DNA of 64,000 nucleotides, from NCBI GenBank assembly GCA_937872515.1, contig CALMSX010000064.1, positions 32,560 to 96,559 of the forward strand, in the 5' to 3' direction. Positions 28,219 to 38,762 of the stretch are shown here, in pieces. Numbering within the stretch: the first letter of the stretch is position 1; each line of letters opens with the position of its first letter. The DNA comes from an uncultured Bacteroidota bacterium. GTDB lineage: Bacteria; Bacteroidota; Bacteroidia; Chitinophagales; Saprospiraceae. The position numbers were made by a program, and so were the translations under genes. The notes below the pieces were generated by a model. The model ran no database searches and had not been told where the DNA came from. It saw only the letters and a list, made by a program, of their open reading frames with translations.

Positions 28219-28226
28219 CAAAGGTA
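28219..28226 (-). promoter_or_regulatory. -7 box TACCTTTG upstream of the TetR-family gene
   Basis: Plus strand reads CAAAGGTA. It lies 70 nt from ATG 28148. Confidence 0.35.
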
Positions 28227-28330
28227 ATTATTTGCTTTTAGACTGCGAAGATTTTGGAAAATTCCTAAAAATTACGACCAAAATCCTTGATTTGGGTGCA
28301 ATAGAGCTAATCTTGAAGCAAGGGATTGTG

Positions 28331-28338
28331 TACTTTTG
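28331..28338 (+). promoter_or_regulatory. -7 box TACTTTTG upstream of prfC
   Basis: Lies 18 nt before ATG 28357. The track's TTG start at 28336 is the TTG of this box. Confidence 0.5.
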
Positions 28339-28356
28339 CGCTTTTTATGGAAAATC

Positions 28357-29946
28357 ATGGGTAGAACAGAAGAAATCAAGCGCAGAAGGACATTTGGGAT
28401 TGTATCACACCCTGATGCAGGTAAAACTACATTGACAGAAAAACTGCTGTTGTTTGGGGGTGCCATTCAGATTGCCGGTGCTGTGAAGTCAAATAAAATC
28501 AAAAAACACGCTACCTCCGATTTTATGGAAATCGAGCGTCAAAGAGGTATTTCTGTTGCTACTTCAGTGATGGCATTTGAATACAGAGATCGCCAAATCA
28601 ACATCCTCGATACACCCGGTCACAAAGATTTTGCAGAAGATACTTATCGCACCCTGTCGGCGGTTGATAGTGTTATAGTTGTTATTGACGTAGCCAAAGG
28701 GGTAGAGGAACAAACAGAAAAACTGGTGGAGGTTTGTAGAATGCGCAATACTCCCATCATCGTTTTTATCAATAAATTAGACCGAGAAGGAAAGGATGCA
28801 TTTGACCTATTGGATGAAATTGAAGAAAAATTAAAAATCAAGGTTATTCCGCTTTCATGGCCTATAGGTATGGGGCAGCTGTTCCAGGGTGTCTACAATT
28901 TGTATGAGAAAAAACTCATGCTTTTTAGTCCCCACGGCAAACAAATGGAAGAAGATGTGATCAGTATAGATGATGTCAATGATCCCAGATTAAAGGGCCA
29001 TGTGGGTGAAAAAGCGGCGAAAGAGCTTAGCGACGACCTCGAGGTGGTGACTTCCGTTTATCCGGAGTTCAATAAAGACATGTATCTTTCAGGAGAAAAA
29101 TCACCCGTTTTTTTTGGAAGTGCCATCAATAATTTTGGTGTAAAAGAACTGTTGGATTGTTTTGTTGAAATTGCTCCCTTTCCTTTATCAAGAGAAGCTG
29201 AGGAGAGAAAGGTAGATCCATTTGAAGAAAAATTTTCGGGCTTTATTTTTAAAATCCACGCCAATATGGATCCCAAACACAGAGATCGCATCGCCTTTAT
29301 GAGAATCTGCAGTGGTACTTTTTTGAGAAATACCAATTACTTCCATGTTAGACAAGGCAGGAGCTTAAAGTTTTCGAATCCCACTGCTTTTATGGCTGCT
29401 AAAAAAGAAGTCATCGACGAGGCTTATCCGGGCGACATCATTGGTTTGTACGATTCCGGAAATTTCAAAATCGGAGATACCATGTCTGAGGGCGAGACCT
29501 TACATTTTAAAGGCATTCCCAGTTTTTCACCAGAACAATTCCGCTATGTCAATAATACAGACCCCTTAAAAACCAAACAGCTCAACAAAGGTTTGGACCA
29601 GCTTATGGATGAAGGTGTGGCCCAACTATTTACTCGCCAGGAGGGAGGCCGGAAAATCATTGGCACTGTGGGTGCGCTCCAGTTTGAAGTTATTCAATAT
29701 CGTTTGTTGCATGAGTATGGCGCTTCCTGTGGTTATGAGCCGGTGAACCTGTATAAAGCATGTTGGATCAGCTGTAATGACAATAAGGCATTGGATGAAT
29801 TTAAACAGAGACGGCGCAGAGATTTAGCTACTGACATCGATGGAAACCTAGTCTTTCTTGCTGAGTCAGCCTGGTCATTAAAGGTGGCACAGGAAAATCA
29901 TCCGGATGTTCAATTTCATTTTACATCTGAAGTAACCAGAGGGTGA
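28357..29946 (+). CDS. prfC: Peptide chain release factor 3
   Basis: [29 protein letters not shown] (G1), DTPGHKDF (G3) and NKLDR (G4). Length and C-terminal domains fit RF3. Confidence 0.95.
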   Translation: MGRTEEIKRRRTFGIVSHPDAGKTTLTEKLLLFGGAIQIAGAVKSNKIKKHATSDFMEIERQRGISVATSVMAFEYRDRQINILDTPGHKDFAEDTYRTLSAVDSVIVVIDVAKGVEEQTEKLVEVCRMRNTPIIVFINKLDREGKDAFDLLDEIEEKLKIKVIPLSWPIGMGQLFQGVYNLYEKKLMLFSPHGKQMEEDVISIDDVNDPRLKGHVGEKAAKELSDDLEVVTSVYPEFNKDMYLSGEKSPVFFGSAINNFGVKELLDCFVEIAPFPLSREAEERKVDPFEEKFSGFIFKIHANMDPKHRDRIAFMRICSGTFLRNTNYFHVRQGRSLKFSNPTAFMAAKKEVIDEAYPGDIIGLYDSGNFKIGDTMSEGETLHFKGIPSFSPEQFRYVNNTDPLKTKQLNKGLDQLMDEGVAQLFTRQEGGRKIIGTVGALQFEVIQYRLLHEYGASCGYEPVNLYKACWISCNDNKALDEFKQRRRRDLATDIDGNLVFLAESAWSLKVAQENHPDVQFHFTSEVTRG

Positions 29947-30566
29947 TCCAACTGATCACAGAAGGAATTGGATATGGCCTTTTTCTGGCCATCCTTGTAG
30001 GGCCTATATTTATAAGTCTGGTGGATACCAGCATTCAATTTGGTAAAAAATCAGGATTGATTCTTGCTTCGGGCATATGGGCAAGTGACTTTATAATAGT
30101 AAGCATACTTTTTTTATTTGCTGATGTAAGGCATAACCCCATTTCCGACACATGGGCAAAGGCGCTTGCAATTGTAGCGATCCTAATTTTTATTGGCATC
30201 GGTGTGGGCAGACTCCTTTCCTGGAAAAAAACAGAGACCCATGATACCAGCTATAATCCCCGAAAATCCAATCTTTTTTTGAAGGGTGTAGCCGTCAATA
30301 CCATCAATCCCTTTACCCTGATATTTTGGACCACCCTGATGGCGGGGCAAACTTTGATTAGACAGTCGGAATGGCAAAGTCTGGTCTTGTTTTTTGGCGT
30401 ACTGTTGGCCACGATTGTGGGTACGGATACGCTGAAAGTGATAATGGCAGATAAGCTTGGCACCATCCTCCATTCCAGGCACCTGAGGGTACTAAACCTG
30501 ATTACCGGTTTTATTTTTATTGGCTCCGGGATTTATATAGCTTTCAGATTTTTTTACCCCGGTTAA
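29943..30566 (+). CDS. LysE/RhtB-family amino-acid exporter
   Basis: Roughly 200 aa with six hydrophobic helices and an N-terminal [16 protein letters not shown] segment. GTGA overlap with the prfC stop. Confidence 0.75.
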   Translation: MIQLITEGIGYGLFLAILVGPIFISLVDTSIQFGKKSGLILASGIWASDFIIVSILFLFADVRHNPISDTWAKALAIVAILIFIGIGVGRLLSWKKTETHDTSYNPRKSNLFLKGVAVNTINPFTLIFWTTLMAGQTLIRQSEWQSLVLFFGVLLATIVGTDTLKVIMADKLGTILHSRHLRVLNLITGFIFIGSGIYIAFRFFYPG

Positions 30567-30630
30567 TTGATCGATTGGGATGAATTTGCAGTAAATAGGA
30601 TAATGTTGTAACATTGTAAAAATATCAGTT

Positions 30631-33480
30631 TTGGCAGAATTTACAGTAAAGGGCATTAATGGCGAAGTTCATGCCGACCTTCTCACCAGATCACTGTATG
30701 CAACCGATGCATCGCTTTACCAAATCCAGCCCGATGTGGTGGTTATTCCAAAGAATGAATCCGATGTTCGCCTGGCTCTTTTGGAGGCTAAAAAACAAAA
30801 CTTGCCCATTTTGGCCAGAGGTTCCGGGACAAGTCTGGCAGGTCAGACCGTAAACAAGGGCCTGGTGCTTGACTTCACCAAATATTTTAACAACATCATT
30901 GAAATCAATGCCTCAGAAGGATGGGCTAGGGTTCAGCCCGGTGTTACCCGAGATCAGCTCAACAGGTCAGTAAGTAGTCATGGCCTTCATTTTGCACCTG
31001 ATCCGGCAACTTCAAGCCGAGCCAGCTTTGGGGGCATGATAGCCAATAATAGCTCTGGTACCAAAAGTGTTCTCTACGGTAAAACCAGTGACCATGTAAT
31101 TTCATTGCGGATCATGCTCACAAATGGAGAAATTCTGGAATTGACATCTTTAAGTCAGGATGATTATGAGCTCAAATGTATGGGAGATACCATCGAAGCT
31201 GCCATCTATCAGGGAGTGAGAAAAATCATTTTTGACAATGTAGAGGAAATTAAAAACAGGTACCCAAAAGTGATGCGCAGGGTTGGTGGTTACGCTATGG
31301 ATGCTTTTGTCGACAACGATCAATGGAACCTCTCTTCCCTGATCCTGGGCAGTGAGGGCACCCTTGCAGTGATACTGGAGGCAAAGGTAAAATTGACACA
31401 GCTGCCAAGGTTTCAAAACATGGTCATTGTTCATTACAATGACAGACTTCAGAGCATTGCTTCTGTCAAAGAAATGATACCGCTAGGACCCGCCGCAGTA
31501 GAAATGTTGGATTTTCACGTATTGCGCAACAGCAAGTCCAATGCCATTACCAAAAAATACTACGAGGCCCTCATTGAAGGCGATCCCGAAGCAGTGATGA
31601 CGGTGGAGTTTTATGGTGAAAGCCAGGATGAAATTGCCCACAAGGCACAACAACTCTGTGCCTATTTGCAAACGGTACCCTCAGCCTATGCCTTTCCGGT
31701 TACCCACGATATGAAAAAAATCAATGACGCCCTGTCATTGCGAAAAGATGGCTTAGGGCTTATCATGGGGAAGCCTGGCATACGCAAGCCTTTGCCATTT
31801 ATCGAAGATGCTGCCATCCCATTGGAAAATCTGGCTGCCTATATTGAAGAATTGGAAAAGCTGTGTCTCGACCATGGTTCAGAAATAGTATTGTATGCTC
31901 ATGCCAGCGTTGGTGTCTTACACGTTCGACCCACCATTGACCTTACCGATCAGCGCGACATTGATAAGATGAAAGAAATTTCAGATCGGTGCTTTGATCT
32001 GGTTGTTAAGTATGGCGGCGCCTTTAGCGGAGAACATGGCGACGGCAGAAATCGAAGTCCAAAGTTGCAGGAGTTTTATGGAGATGAAATATACCAGGCC
32101 TTCAAAGACATTAAAAAACTATTTGACCCCACATCTTTACTCAATCCCGGCATCATCGTCGATGCTGAGGACATGCGGAAAAACCTTCGCTACCACCATG
32201 GGTATAAAGATCAGAACTATCCCTTTGTTTACAAGTACAGAGAAGGTGGTGGGTTTGCAGATATTGTTCACAACTGTAGTGGAGTAGGGGCTTGTCGCAA
32301 TACCGAGGGTGGTACAATGTGTCCATCTTTCAGGGCTACCGGAGAAGAAAAAGACAGCACCCGTGGCAGGGCCAATACCCTTCGACTTGCCATGAGCGGA
32401 CAATTGCATTTCCACAATCTCACCGATGACGATGTTATTAATACCCTGGACCTTTGTCTTTCGTGCAAGGCTTGTAAAAATGAATGCCCATCCAATGTGG
32501 ATATGTCAAAATTGAAATCTGAAGTTCTTCAACTGCGTTATGATCAGAAAGGCATTCCCTTACAAGCCCGCCTGGTTAAGTACTCTCCTGCCTTGTCGCG
32601 TTTTTTAAGCGGCTGGCCTGCCCCATTTATCAATGGACTCCTGGCAACTAAGGCAATAAAGTGGATGAATGAAAAGTTTTTAGGCATTGAAAGCAAAAGA
32701 AATCTGCCAGCCTACGCAAAGAAAAAACTAAACGGTTCAGTTGTTAAAACCAACAGTGGCAACAGACCCAGGGTGGTCTTATTTGCGGATACCTATATTC
32801 AATGTCACGATACTACATTGGGAGCCCATGCAATGAAGGTTTTAGAGCAGTGTGGTTTTGATGTTATCCTTTCAGATGTAGGATGTTGCCAACGGCCTTT
32901 GATATCCAATGGCTTTTTAAAAGAGGCAAAAAAGGGATTGGGTGAGTTGGCGGTAAAGTTGCTTCCCTATATCGATGCCGGATACCCTATTCTTACCGTA
33001 GAACCTTCTTGTCACACCGCATTGACAGATGATCTGGCAGACTTGTTGGATGATAAAGTCCTGGCCTTAAGAATAAAATCGGCCATCCAGCCCATCGAAC
33101 AATTTTTAGTGACCTCCTGGAAGTCGGGTCAGCTGAAAGGAAAATTTAAAGCTAATGCAGAGGATATCTTGTTACACGGTCATTGCCACCAAAAAGCAAG
33201 TTATGGTACATCCAGCGCTCTGGAATTGCTTGCACTGGCAGGGGCCAATGTAAAAGAAGCAGCTACTGGGTGCTGTGGGATGGCCGGTGCTTTTGGCTAT
33301 GAGACTCACCATTTTGACCTATCTAAAAAAATATTTGACCAAAAGTTGGGACCTGCCCTCAAAGCAGCAGGTCAATCGATGGCAGTAGCCAACGGTTTTA
33401 GCTGCCGGCATCAAATCAAAGATTTTGCTGACAGGCAGGCAGTACACGTGATTTCAGCCATTGAATTTCTGCCCGAATAG
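30631..33480 (+). CDS. Fused FAD-binding (GlcD/D-lactate dehydrogenase-like) and Fe-S/CCG-domain oxidoreductase
   Basis: FAD_binding_4 motif RGSGTSLAGQ, ferredoxin-like CLSCKACKNECPSNV and C-terminal cysteine-rich CCG-type motifs (CCQRPL, CCGMAGAFG). TTG is the first canonical start after the in-frame TAA at 30601. Confidence 0.85.
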   Translation: MAEFTVKGINGEVHADLLTRSLYATDASLYQIQPDVVVIPKNESDVRLALLEAKKQNLPILARGSGTSLAGQTVNKGLVLDFTKYFNNIIEINASEGWARVQPGVTRDQLNRSVSSHGLHFAPDPATSSRASFGGMIANNSSGTKSVLYGKTSDHVISLRIMLTNGEILELTSLSQDDYELKCMGDTIEAAIYQGVRKIIFDNVEEIKNRYPKVMRRVGGYAMDAFVDNDQWNLSSLILGSEGTLAVILEAKVKLTQLPRFQNMVIVHYNDRLQSIASVKEMIPLGPAAVEMLDFHVLRNSKSNAITKKYYEALIEGDPEAVMTVEFYGESQDEIAHKAQQLCAYLQTVPSAYAFPVTHDMKKINDALSLRKDGLGLIMGKPGIRKPLPFIEDAAIPLENLAAYIEELEKLCLDHGSEIVLYAHASVGVLHVRPTIDLTDQRDIDKMKEISDRCFDLVVKYGGAFSGEHGDGRNRSPKLQEFYGDEIYQAFKDIKKLFDPTSLLNPGIIVDAEDMRKNLRYHHGYKDQNYPFVYKYREGGGFADIVHNCSGVGACRNTEGGTMCPSFRATGEEKDSTRGRANTLRLAMSGQLHFHNLTDDDVINTLDLCLSCKACKNECPSNVDMSKLKSEVLQLRYDQKGIPLQARLVKYSPALSRFLSGWPAPFINGLLATKAIKWMNEKFLGIESKRNLPAYAKKKLNGSVVKTNSGNRPRVVLFADTYIQCHDTTLGAHAMKVLEQCGFDVILSDVGCCQRPLISNGFLKEAKKGLGELAVKLLPYIDAGYPILTVEPSCHTALTDDLADLLDDKVLALRIKSAIQPIEQFLVTSWKSGQLKGKFKANAEDILLHGHCHQKASYGTSSALELLALAGANVKEAATGCCGMAGAFGYETHHFDLSKKIFDQKLGPALKAAGQSMAVANGFSCRHQIKDFADRQAVHVISAIEFLPE

Positions 33481-33491
33481 GGATAATTATT

Positions 33492-33499
33492 TACCTTTG
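33492..33499 (+). promoter_or_regulatory. -7 box TACCTTTG upstream of ruvC
   Basis: Lies 8 nt before ATG 33508, which implies a very short leader. Confidence 0.4.
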
Positions 33500-33507
33500 A
33501 CTTGCGC

Positions 33508-34086
33508 ATGCAGTCCAACTTAGAATCTTATAAAATTTTGGGCGTTGACCCTGGCACGAATATCCTGGGTTACGCCATTCTTGAGATTACTGGCAAACAG
33601 GTGAAAATTCTCACATTTGGGGTGATCAAACTTTTTAAAGAAGAAGACCAGGCCCAAAAGTTAAAAGAAATTTTTCTCCAGGTCCAGGAAATCATTGAGA
33701 GCTATTTGCCCAGTTACCTGGCCATCGAAGCCCCATTTTATGGCAAAAACGTTCAATCCATGCTCAAGCTGGGAAGAGCGCAAGGAGTGGCCATTGCGGC
33801 GGGCATCACCATGGGACTTGAAGTTAGTGAATATTCCCCTAAAAGAATTAAACAGGCCATAACTGGAAACGGAAATGCCTCCAAAGAGCAGGTCAGTGCC
33901 ATGCTTGAACACATACTAAAAGTAAAAATCCAGGCTGAATACAATGATGCAACGGATGCACTTGCTACAGCTTATTGTCATTTCAATCAGATTGGATCGG
34001 GTGTAGGCCCTAAAGGAAAGGTATCCGGATGGAAGGCCTTTATGACAGCCAATCCGGGTCGGGTCAAAAAAGCAGGGCCGAAATGA
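33508..34086 (+). CDS. ruvC: Crossover junction endodeoxyribonuclease RuvC
   Basis: ILGVDPGTNILGYAILE catalytic Asp motif, EAPFYGKN and C-terminal DATDALA. Confidence 0.9.
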   Translation: MQSNLESYKILGVDPGTNILGYAILEITGKQVKILTFGVIKLFKEEDQAQKLKEIFLQVQEIIESYLPSYLAIEAPFYGKNVQSMLKLGRAQGVAIAAGITMGLEVSEYSPKRIKQAITGNGNASKEQVSAMLEHILKVKIQAEYNDATDALATAYCHFNQIGSGVGPKGKVSGWKAFMTANPGRVKKAGPK

Positions 34087-35024
34087 AGCCAAAAATCCTA
34101 ATAACAGACAAGGTTCACCCACTCCTGCCCAAAGGGCTCGAAGAGTTGGGCTTTGAAGTGTTTTACGACACTTCAGTAGAAATGGACATTTTGCCCGGCA
34201 TTCTGGAGCAGTTTACCGGCATTGTCATCAACAGTAAAATACGGATGACCCCCGACGTAATAGACAGAGGACCAAAGCTCCAATTTATCGGAAGATTGGG
34301 TTCCGGTATGGAAATCATAGACATTCCTTATGCAACATCAAAAGGCATTGCCTGCCTGAATTCTCCAGAGGGCAACAGAGATGCGGTGGCAGAACACGCC
34401 ATTGGTATGCTCCTGGCCTTCAACAACCACCTTTTGCGTGCAGATGAAGAAGTAAGAAAAAAGGTATGGAACAGAGAAGCCAACAGAGGAAGCGAAATAA
34501 AAGGTAAAACCCTGGGCATCATCGGATTGGGCAATACGGGAAGCTGTATGGCAAAAAAAATGTCGTCTTGGGAACTAAATATTATTTCATACGATAAATA
34601 CAGGCCAAATTCTGACGAGGAACTGCCCTTTGTCCAAAGAGTGAATTTGGAAGACATTTTAAATCAGGCAGATATCATTACTTTGCACTTACCATTGACA
34701 GCGGAAACCCGACACCTGGTTAACAGGTCGTTTTTTCAAAAGTGTAAAAAAAGTCCGGTTTTGATCAATACTTCCAGGGGGGAAGTAGTAAATACGTACG
34801 ATTTATTAGAAGCCCTGGAAAATAATTGGATCAAAGGTGCATGTCTGGATGTTTTTGAAAACGAAAAACCTGGATTTTACTCAAGTTCGGAAGAGGAGTT
34901 GTATTCCCGACTTTTTGAGCATAAAAACTTGATTGTCAGTCCACATATTGCAGGGTGGACCCATGAATCGCTTGAAAAAATAGCCTCGGTTTTGTTGGAA
35001 AAAATCAAAAATGTCGTGTGTTAA
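34083..35024 (+). CDS. D-isomer-specific 2-hydroxyacid dehydrogenase (phosphoglycerate-dehydrogenase-like)
   Basis: NAD-binding GIIGLGNTGSCMAKK, the RG..V motif region and C-terminal SPHIAGWT. Start at ATG 34083 gives an ATGA overlap with the ruvC stop. Confidence 0.85.
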   Translation: MKPKILITDKVHPLLPKGLEELGFEVFYDTSVEMDILPGILEQFTGIVINSKIRMTPDVIDRGPKLQFIGRLGSGMEIIDIPYATSKGIACLNSPEGNRDAVAEHAIGMLLAFNNHLLRADEEVRKKVWNREANRGSEIKGKTLGIIGLGNTGSCMAKKMSSWELNIISYDKYRPNSDEELPFVQRVNLEDILNQADIITLHLPLTAETRHLVNRSFFQKCKKSPVLINTSRGEVVNTYDLLEALENNWIKGACLDVFENEKPGFYSSSEEELYSRLFEHKNLIVSPHIAGWTHESLEKIASVLLEKIKNVVC

Positions 35025-35057
35025 GAAAAATTTAATTTTATGCTTCCACAGACAGGG

Positions 35058-35075
35058 TATTATTGCTATTATTGC
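35058..35075. repeat. Tandem 9-bp duplication TATTATTGC x2
   Basis: GTATTATTGCTATTATTGCAAT. Each unit carries a one-mismatch -7-like box (TATTATTG) upstream of the TonB-dependent-receptor-like gene. Confidence 0.6.
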
Positions 35076-35129
35076 AATCCGATTAAAATCAATGAATTGG
35101 AAATTTTTTATATCTAATACTTCAAGAAT

Positions 35130-38100
35130 ATGAATAAACTATTACTAACCTTCTGTTTGCTGCTCTTTGGCACACTAGCCATTGTTGCCCAAACCTCATT
35201 AGAGGGAAAGGTGAAGGACAAGGAGTCTGGTGAGCCGGTACTTTTTGCCACAGTAGCCCTTTACAAGAATGGTGTGCTGACCACCGGCGTGGAAACCGAC
35301 CTGGATGGTAACTATTTCTTTTCAGACATTCAGCCGGGAACTTATGATGTTGAAGCCAGCTATGTTGGCTATAAGACATCCAGAATCAACGGTGTTGTGT
35401 GTAAAGCGGGTCAAAATACCCGTGTTAACATAGACATGATAGTTGAAGGGGTGTTGGTGGATGAAATTGTGGTGGTAGACTATAGGGTGCCACTCATCGA
35501 GGTAGATAATACTTCTCAGGGTGCAACCATCACATCAGATAAGATTGCTACCCTTCCTCAAAAAAACATCAATGCCATTGTTGCGAATGCTGCAGGGGTT
35601 TCTTCTGCTGATGGTAGTCAGCCATCACTCAGGGGATCTCGTAGCAATGAAACTGTATATTTTATCGACGGTATCCGTTCAAGAGGTACCATACCACAAT
35701 CTGAAGTTGATCAGCTGCAATTGGTCAATGGAGGTATCGAAGCTAAGTATGGTGACGTTTCCGGTGGGGTAATTTCACTAACCTCCAAGGGACCCAGCCA
35801 GTCATTCACGGGTGGTATCGAAGCTGAAACTTCTGAAGGCCTTGATGCATTTGGCTACAACTTGTTGAGCGCCAATTTTTCAGGACCGATTCTGAAAAAC
35901 AGTAAAAAACAAACGATCCTTGGTTTCAGGTTTTCGGGCCAGTACCTCAATGTTGATGATAACTCACCTTCAGCGGTTGGTGTATCCAGGGCTCCATTGA
36001 GTGTTATCCAACAACTGGAAGCAAGTCCATTTTACAATTTGGGAACTTCACTGCTACCTTCTGCCGAAAGACTCAGATCTGCAGATGTGGGAGGTGTTTT
36101 GAAGGCAAGACCCAACGAAACCAACAAAAACCTGAACATCACAGGTAAAATCGAAGCCAAGTTATCCAACAACATTGATATGACTCTTTCCGGTAACTAT
36201 GAGGATGACAACGATCGATTTACACCAGGTTCAAGCAATGTATCCAATTCAGGTAGTTCATGGGCTTTCTACAACTGGAACAACAATCCTTTTGCCCTTG
36301 AGCAGAAAATGAGGATCAACTTCCGTTTCCGCCACAAATTGGGCAGACAAGCGGGCCTTGATGATGCGGGAGGTGAGAAAGAAGTAAACAATGCACTTAT
36401 CAGAAACCTGAGTTATACCATATTGGCGGGTTATGAAAGGAGCAATACTTCCCAGGAAGATTACAGACACAAAGACAATTTTTTCAATTACGGATACATG
36501 GGGGTTTATCCTTCCACATTCGAACCAGCCATTGGTTTCGTGGATGATGGAAATGGAGGAGTTGTAAGATCTCACTTGGGTTTCCAAAGAGTTACAGGAG
36601 ATTTTGTACCCAATACCACCATCAACCCAGTATTGGCTATGTACCAAAATGCATCCAACGGCATTATGAGATCTGACCGTTCTTCTGTTTGGAGCAACCT
36701 TTTTGCCAACGTTGGTCAGGTTTATAATATATACAGCAAAGGTGAAAATGAACTTTATACCTTCAACTTTAGCACCGGATTTGACTTGGTACCAGGCAGT
36801 TCAGAAAAAGGAAGACACTCCATCCAGTTTGGTGTGATCTATGAGCAAACGGTAGACAGAGGCTATGTGCTGAGACCTTATGAATTGTGGAGAAATGCCG
36901 ACCTGTTGGTCAATAACCCATTGTCATTGGCTGAGGTGGACAAAACAGCTTTTAAAGAAGTTAATGCACAGGGCGATTCTATTTTTTATCCTGTTTATGA
37001 AGAAGATCTGCAAAACAAATTTTTCTACAAGATCAGAGAAAAACTCAATGTTAACCTGAAAGATTTTGTCAATGTTCACTCTCTTTCTCCTGATCAACTA
37101 TCCTTGGATATGTTTTCAGCAAAAGAATTGGCTGACTTAAACATTGTAGATTACAGAGGTTATGATTACCTGGGAAATAAAACAACCGGAAACATCAGTT
37201 TTGAAGACTTTTTCTCAGAAAAAGATGCAGATGGAAGAAGAACCTTCCCGGTTTCACCTTTCTCACCAATCTATGCTGCCGGATACATTCAGGATAAATT
37301 TACCTATAAGGACATCATCTTCCGTTTAGGTCTACGTGCAGATTATTATGATGCCAATACCAAAGTATTTAAAGATCCATATGCCTTGTATGAAATCGAA
37401 GATGCAGGCTCTTATTTTGGAAGAAACCAGGACAAGACCCAACCTGTTTCTGTGGAGGATGACTATAAAGTATATGTTGCAGGTGCAGAGTCAGATGAAA
37501 TCATTGGTTATCGCAAGGGAGATCAGTGGTACCAGCCCAATGGTACTGCAGTATCCGGAGGTAATGTGATTTTCAACGGTGGTGTTGTTTATCCTCGTTA
37601 CGTTGACCGTGAAAACAGGGTATTGGATATTCAAGATGTAAATTACAAACCGGAATATTCTTTTGACGACTACAAACCACAGCTTAATCTTATGCCAAGG
37701 ATGGCGTTCTCCTTCCCTATATCTGATGGAGCCAACTTCTTTGCGCACTATGACGTATTGTACCAGCGCCCGCCATCCAACTCGGTTTTGACAGCTTTGG
37801 ACTACTACTACTTTAATAACGCAGGAAGTTCAGGGGTACAAAACAACCCTAACCTTCGTCCGGTAAGAACGGTAAGTTATGAAGCAGGATTCCAGCAAAA
37901 AGTATCTCAGTTTGCAGCCATTAAGATGAGTGCTTACTACAAAGAAAATAAGGACCTTATCCAGAGAAGGGTGTACACCAATGTACCTGCTCCTATTACT
38001 ACTTATGAAACATATGGCAACCTTGACTTTGGTACAACCAAAGGATTTAGCTTCCAGTTTGATAAGAGAAGGACCAATAACCTGGAATTCAGCGCTACCT

Positions 38101-38741
38101 ATACCCTTCAGTTTGCAGAAGGATCTGGTTCAGATGCCAACTCTTCAGGAGGTATTAACACAAGGGGTATTCTCAGGAACCTGAACCCGCTTTCATTTGA
38201 TGAAAGGCATAGGATCACAGCCAATTTCGACTATCGATATGAATCAGGTAAGGCGTATGACGGACCCAAAATTGCTGGTCTTGACATCCTTGCCAATACA
38301 GGAATTAACTTAAACGTGATCGCAGTATCTGGTCAACCATTTACCAGAAACTCAAATCCGGCACCACTGGGCGGTAATGGTTTCCTTGGTTCCATCAATG
38401 GATCAAGACAACCATGGACCTTCTCTATGGATATGAGGATTGACAAGTCATTTACCATCAACACCAGCAAAACCAGCAATAAGGGTGTAGAAGGTAATAT
38501 TTACCTGAGGGTTCAGAATGTACTTGATGCCAGAAACGTGAGAGGCGTATTTGGTTATACAGGTGATCCTGAAAATGATGGTTACTTGTTGTCAGAATTT
38601 GGACAAGACAGAATCAGTGACATTCAGGCTTCAGGCAAAGACGTCGATGCCTTCCTGGATGCATATTCATGGAGACTCGTAAGTCCGGGCAATTATTTCT
38701 TCCCAAGGAGGATTTACCTCGGCGTTATCTTTAATTATTGA
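35130..38741 (+). CDS. TonB-dependent-receptor-like outer-membrane protein (carboxypeptidase-regulatory-like domain, plug and large beta-barrel)
   Basis: Signal peptide and a CarboxypepD_reg-like domain (LEGKVKDKESGEPVLFATVALYKNG..DLDGNYFFSDIQPGTYDVEASYVGYK). Plug motif (SLRGSRSNETVYFIDGIR). The barrel region of roughly 950 aa ends in an aromatic residue (GVIFNY). Confidence 0.8.
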   Translation: MNKLLLTFCLLLFGTLAIVAQTSLEGKVKDKESGEPVLFATVALYKNGVLTTGVETDLDGNYFFSDIQPGTYDVEASYVGYKTSRINGVVCKAGQNTRVNIDMIVEGVLVDEIVVVDYRVPLIEVDNTSQGATITSDKIATLPQKNINAIVANAAGVSSADGSQPSLRGSRSNETVYFIDGIRSRGTIPQSEVDQLQLVNGGIEAKYGDVSGGVISLTSKGPSQSFTGGIEAETSEGLDAFGYNLLSANFSGPILKNSKKQTILGFRFSGQYLNVDDNSPSAVGVSRAPLSVIQQLEASPFYNLGTSLLPSAERLRSADVGGVLKARPNETNKNLNITGKIEAKLSNNIDMTLSGNYEDDNDRFTPGSSNVSNSGSSWAFYNWNNNPFALEQKMRINFRFRHKLGRQAGLDDAGGEKEVNNALIRNLSYTILAGYERSNTSQEDYRHKDNFFNYGYMGVYPSTFEPAIGFVDDGNGGVVRSHLGFQRVTGDFVPNTTINPVLAMYQNASNGIMRSDRSSVWSNLFANVGQVYNIYSKGENELYTFNFSTGFDLVPGSSEKGRHSIQFGVIYEQTVDRGYVLRPYELWRNADLLVNNPLSLAEVDKTAFKEVNAQGDSIFYPVYEEDLQNKFFYKIREKLNVNLKDFVNVHSLSPDQLSLDMFSAKELADLNIVDYRGYDYLGNKTTGNISFEDFFSEKDADGRRTFPVSPFSPIYAAGYIQDKFTYKDIIFRLGLRADYYDANTKVFKDPYALYEIEDAGSYFGRNQDKTQPVSVEDDYKVYVAGAESDEIIGYRKGDQWYQPNGTAVSGGNVIFNGGVVYPRYVDRENRVLDIQDVNYKPEYSFDDYKPQLNLMPRMAFSFPISDGANFFAHYDVLYQRPPSNSVLTALDYYYFNNAGSSGVQNNPNLRPVRTVSYEAGFQQKVSQFAAIKMSAYYKENKDLIQRRVYTNVPAPITTYETYGNLDFGTTKGFSFQFDKRRTNNLEFSATYTLQFAEGSGSDANSSGGINTRGILRNLNPLSFDERHRITANFDYRYESGKAYDGPKIAGLDILANTGINLNVIAVSGQPFTRNSNPAPLGGNGFLGSINGSRQPWTFSMDMRIDKSFTINTSKTSNKGVEGNIYLRVQNVLDARNVRGVFGYTGDPENDGYLLSEFGQDRISDIQASGKDVDAFLDAYSWRLVSPGNYFFPRRIYLGVIFNY

Positions 38742-38762
38742 TAAAAATTTAAAACCAATACA

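Noticed and set aside
28199-28435. A 78-aa plus-strand ORF overlapping the prfC start
   Set aside because: It runs through the prfC promoter box and is out of frame with the prfC N-terminus, which carries the conserved GTPase G1 motif.
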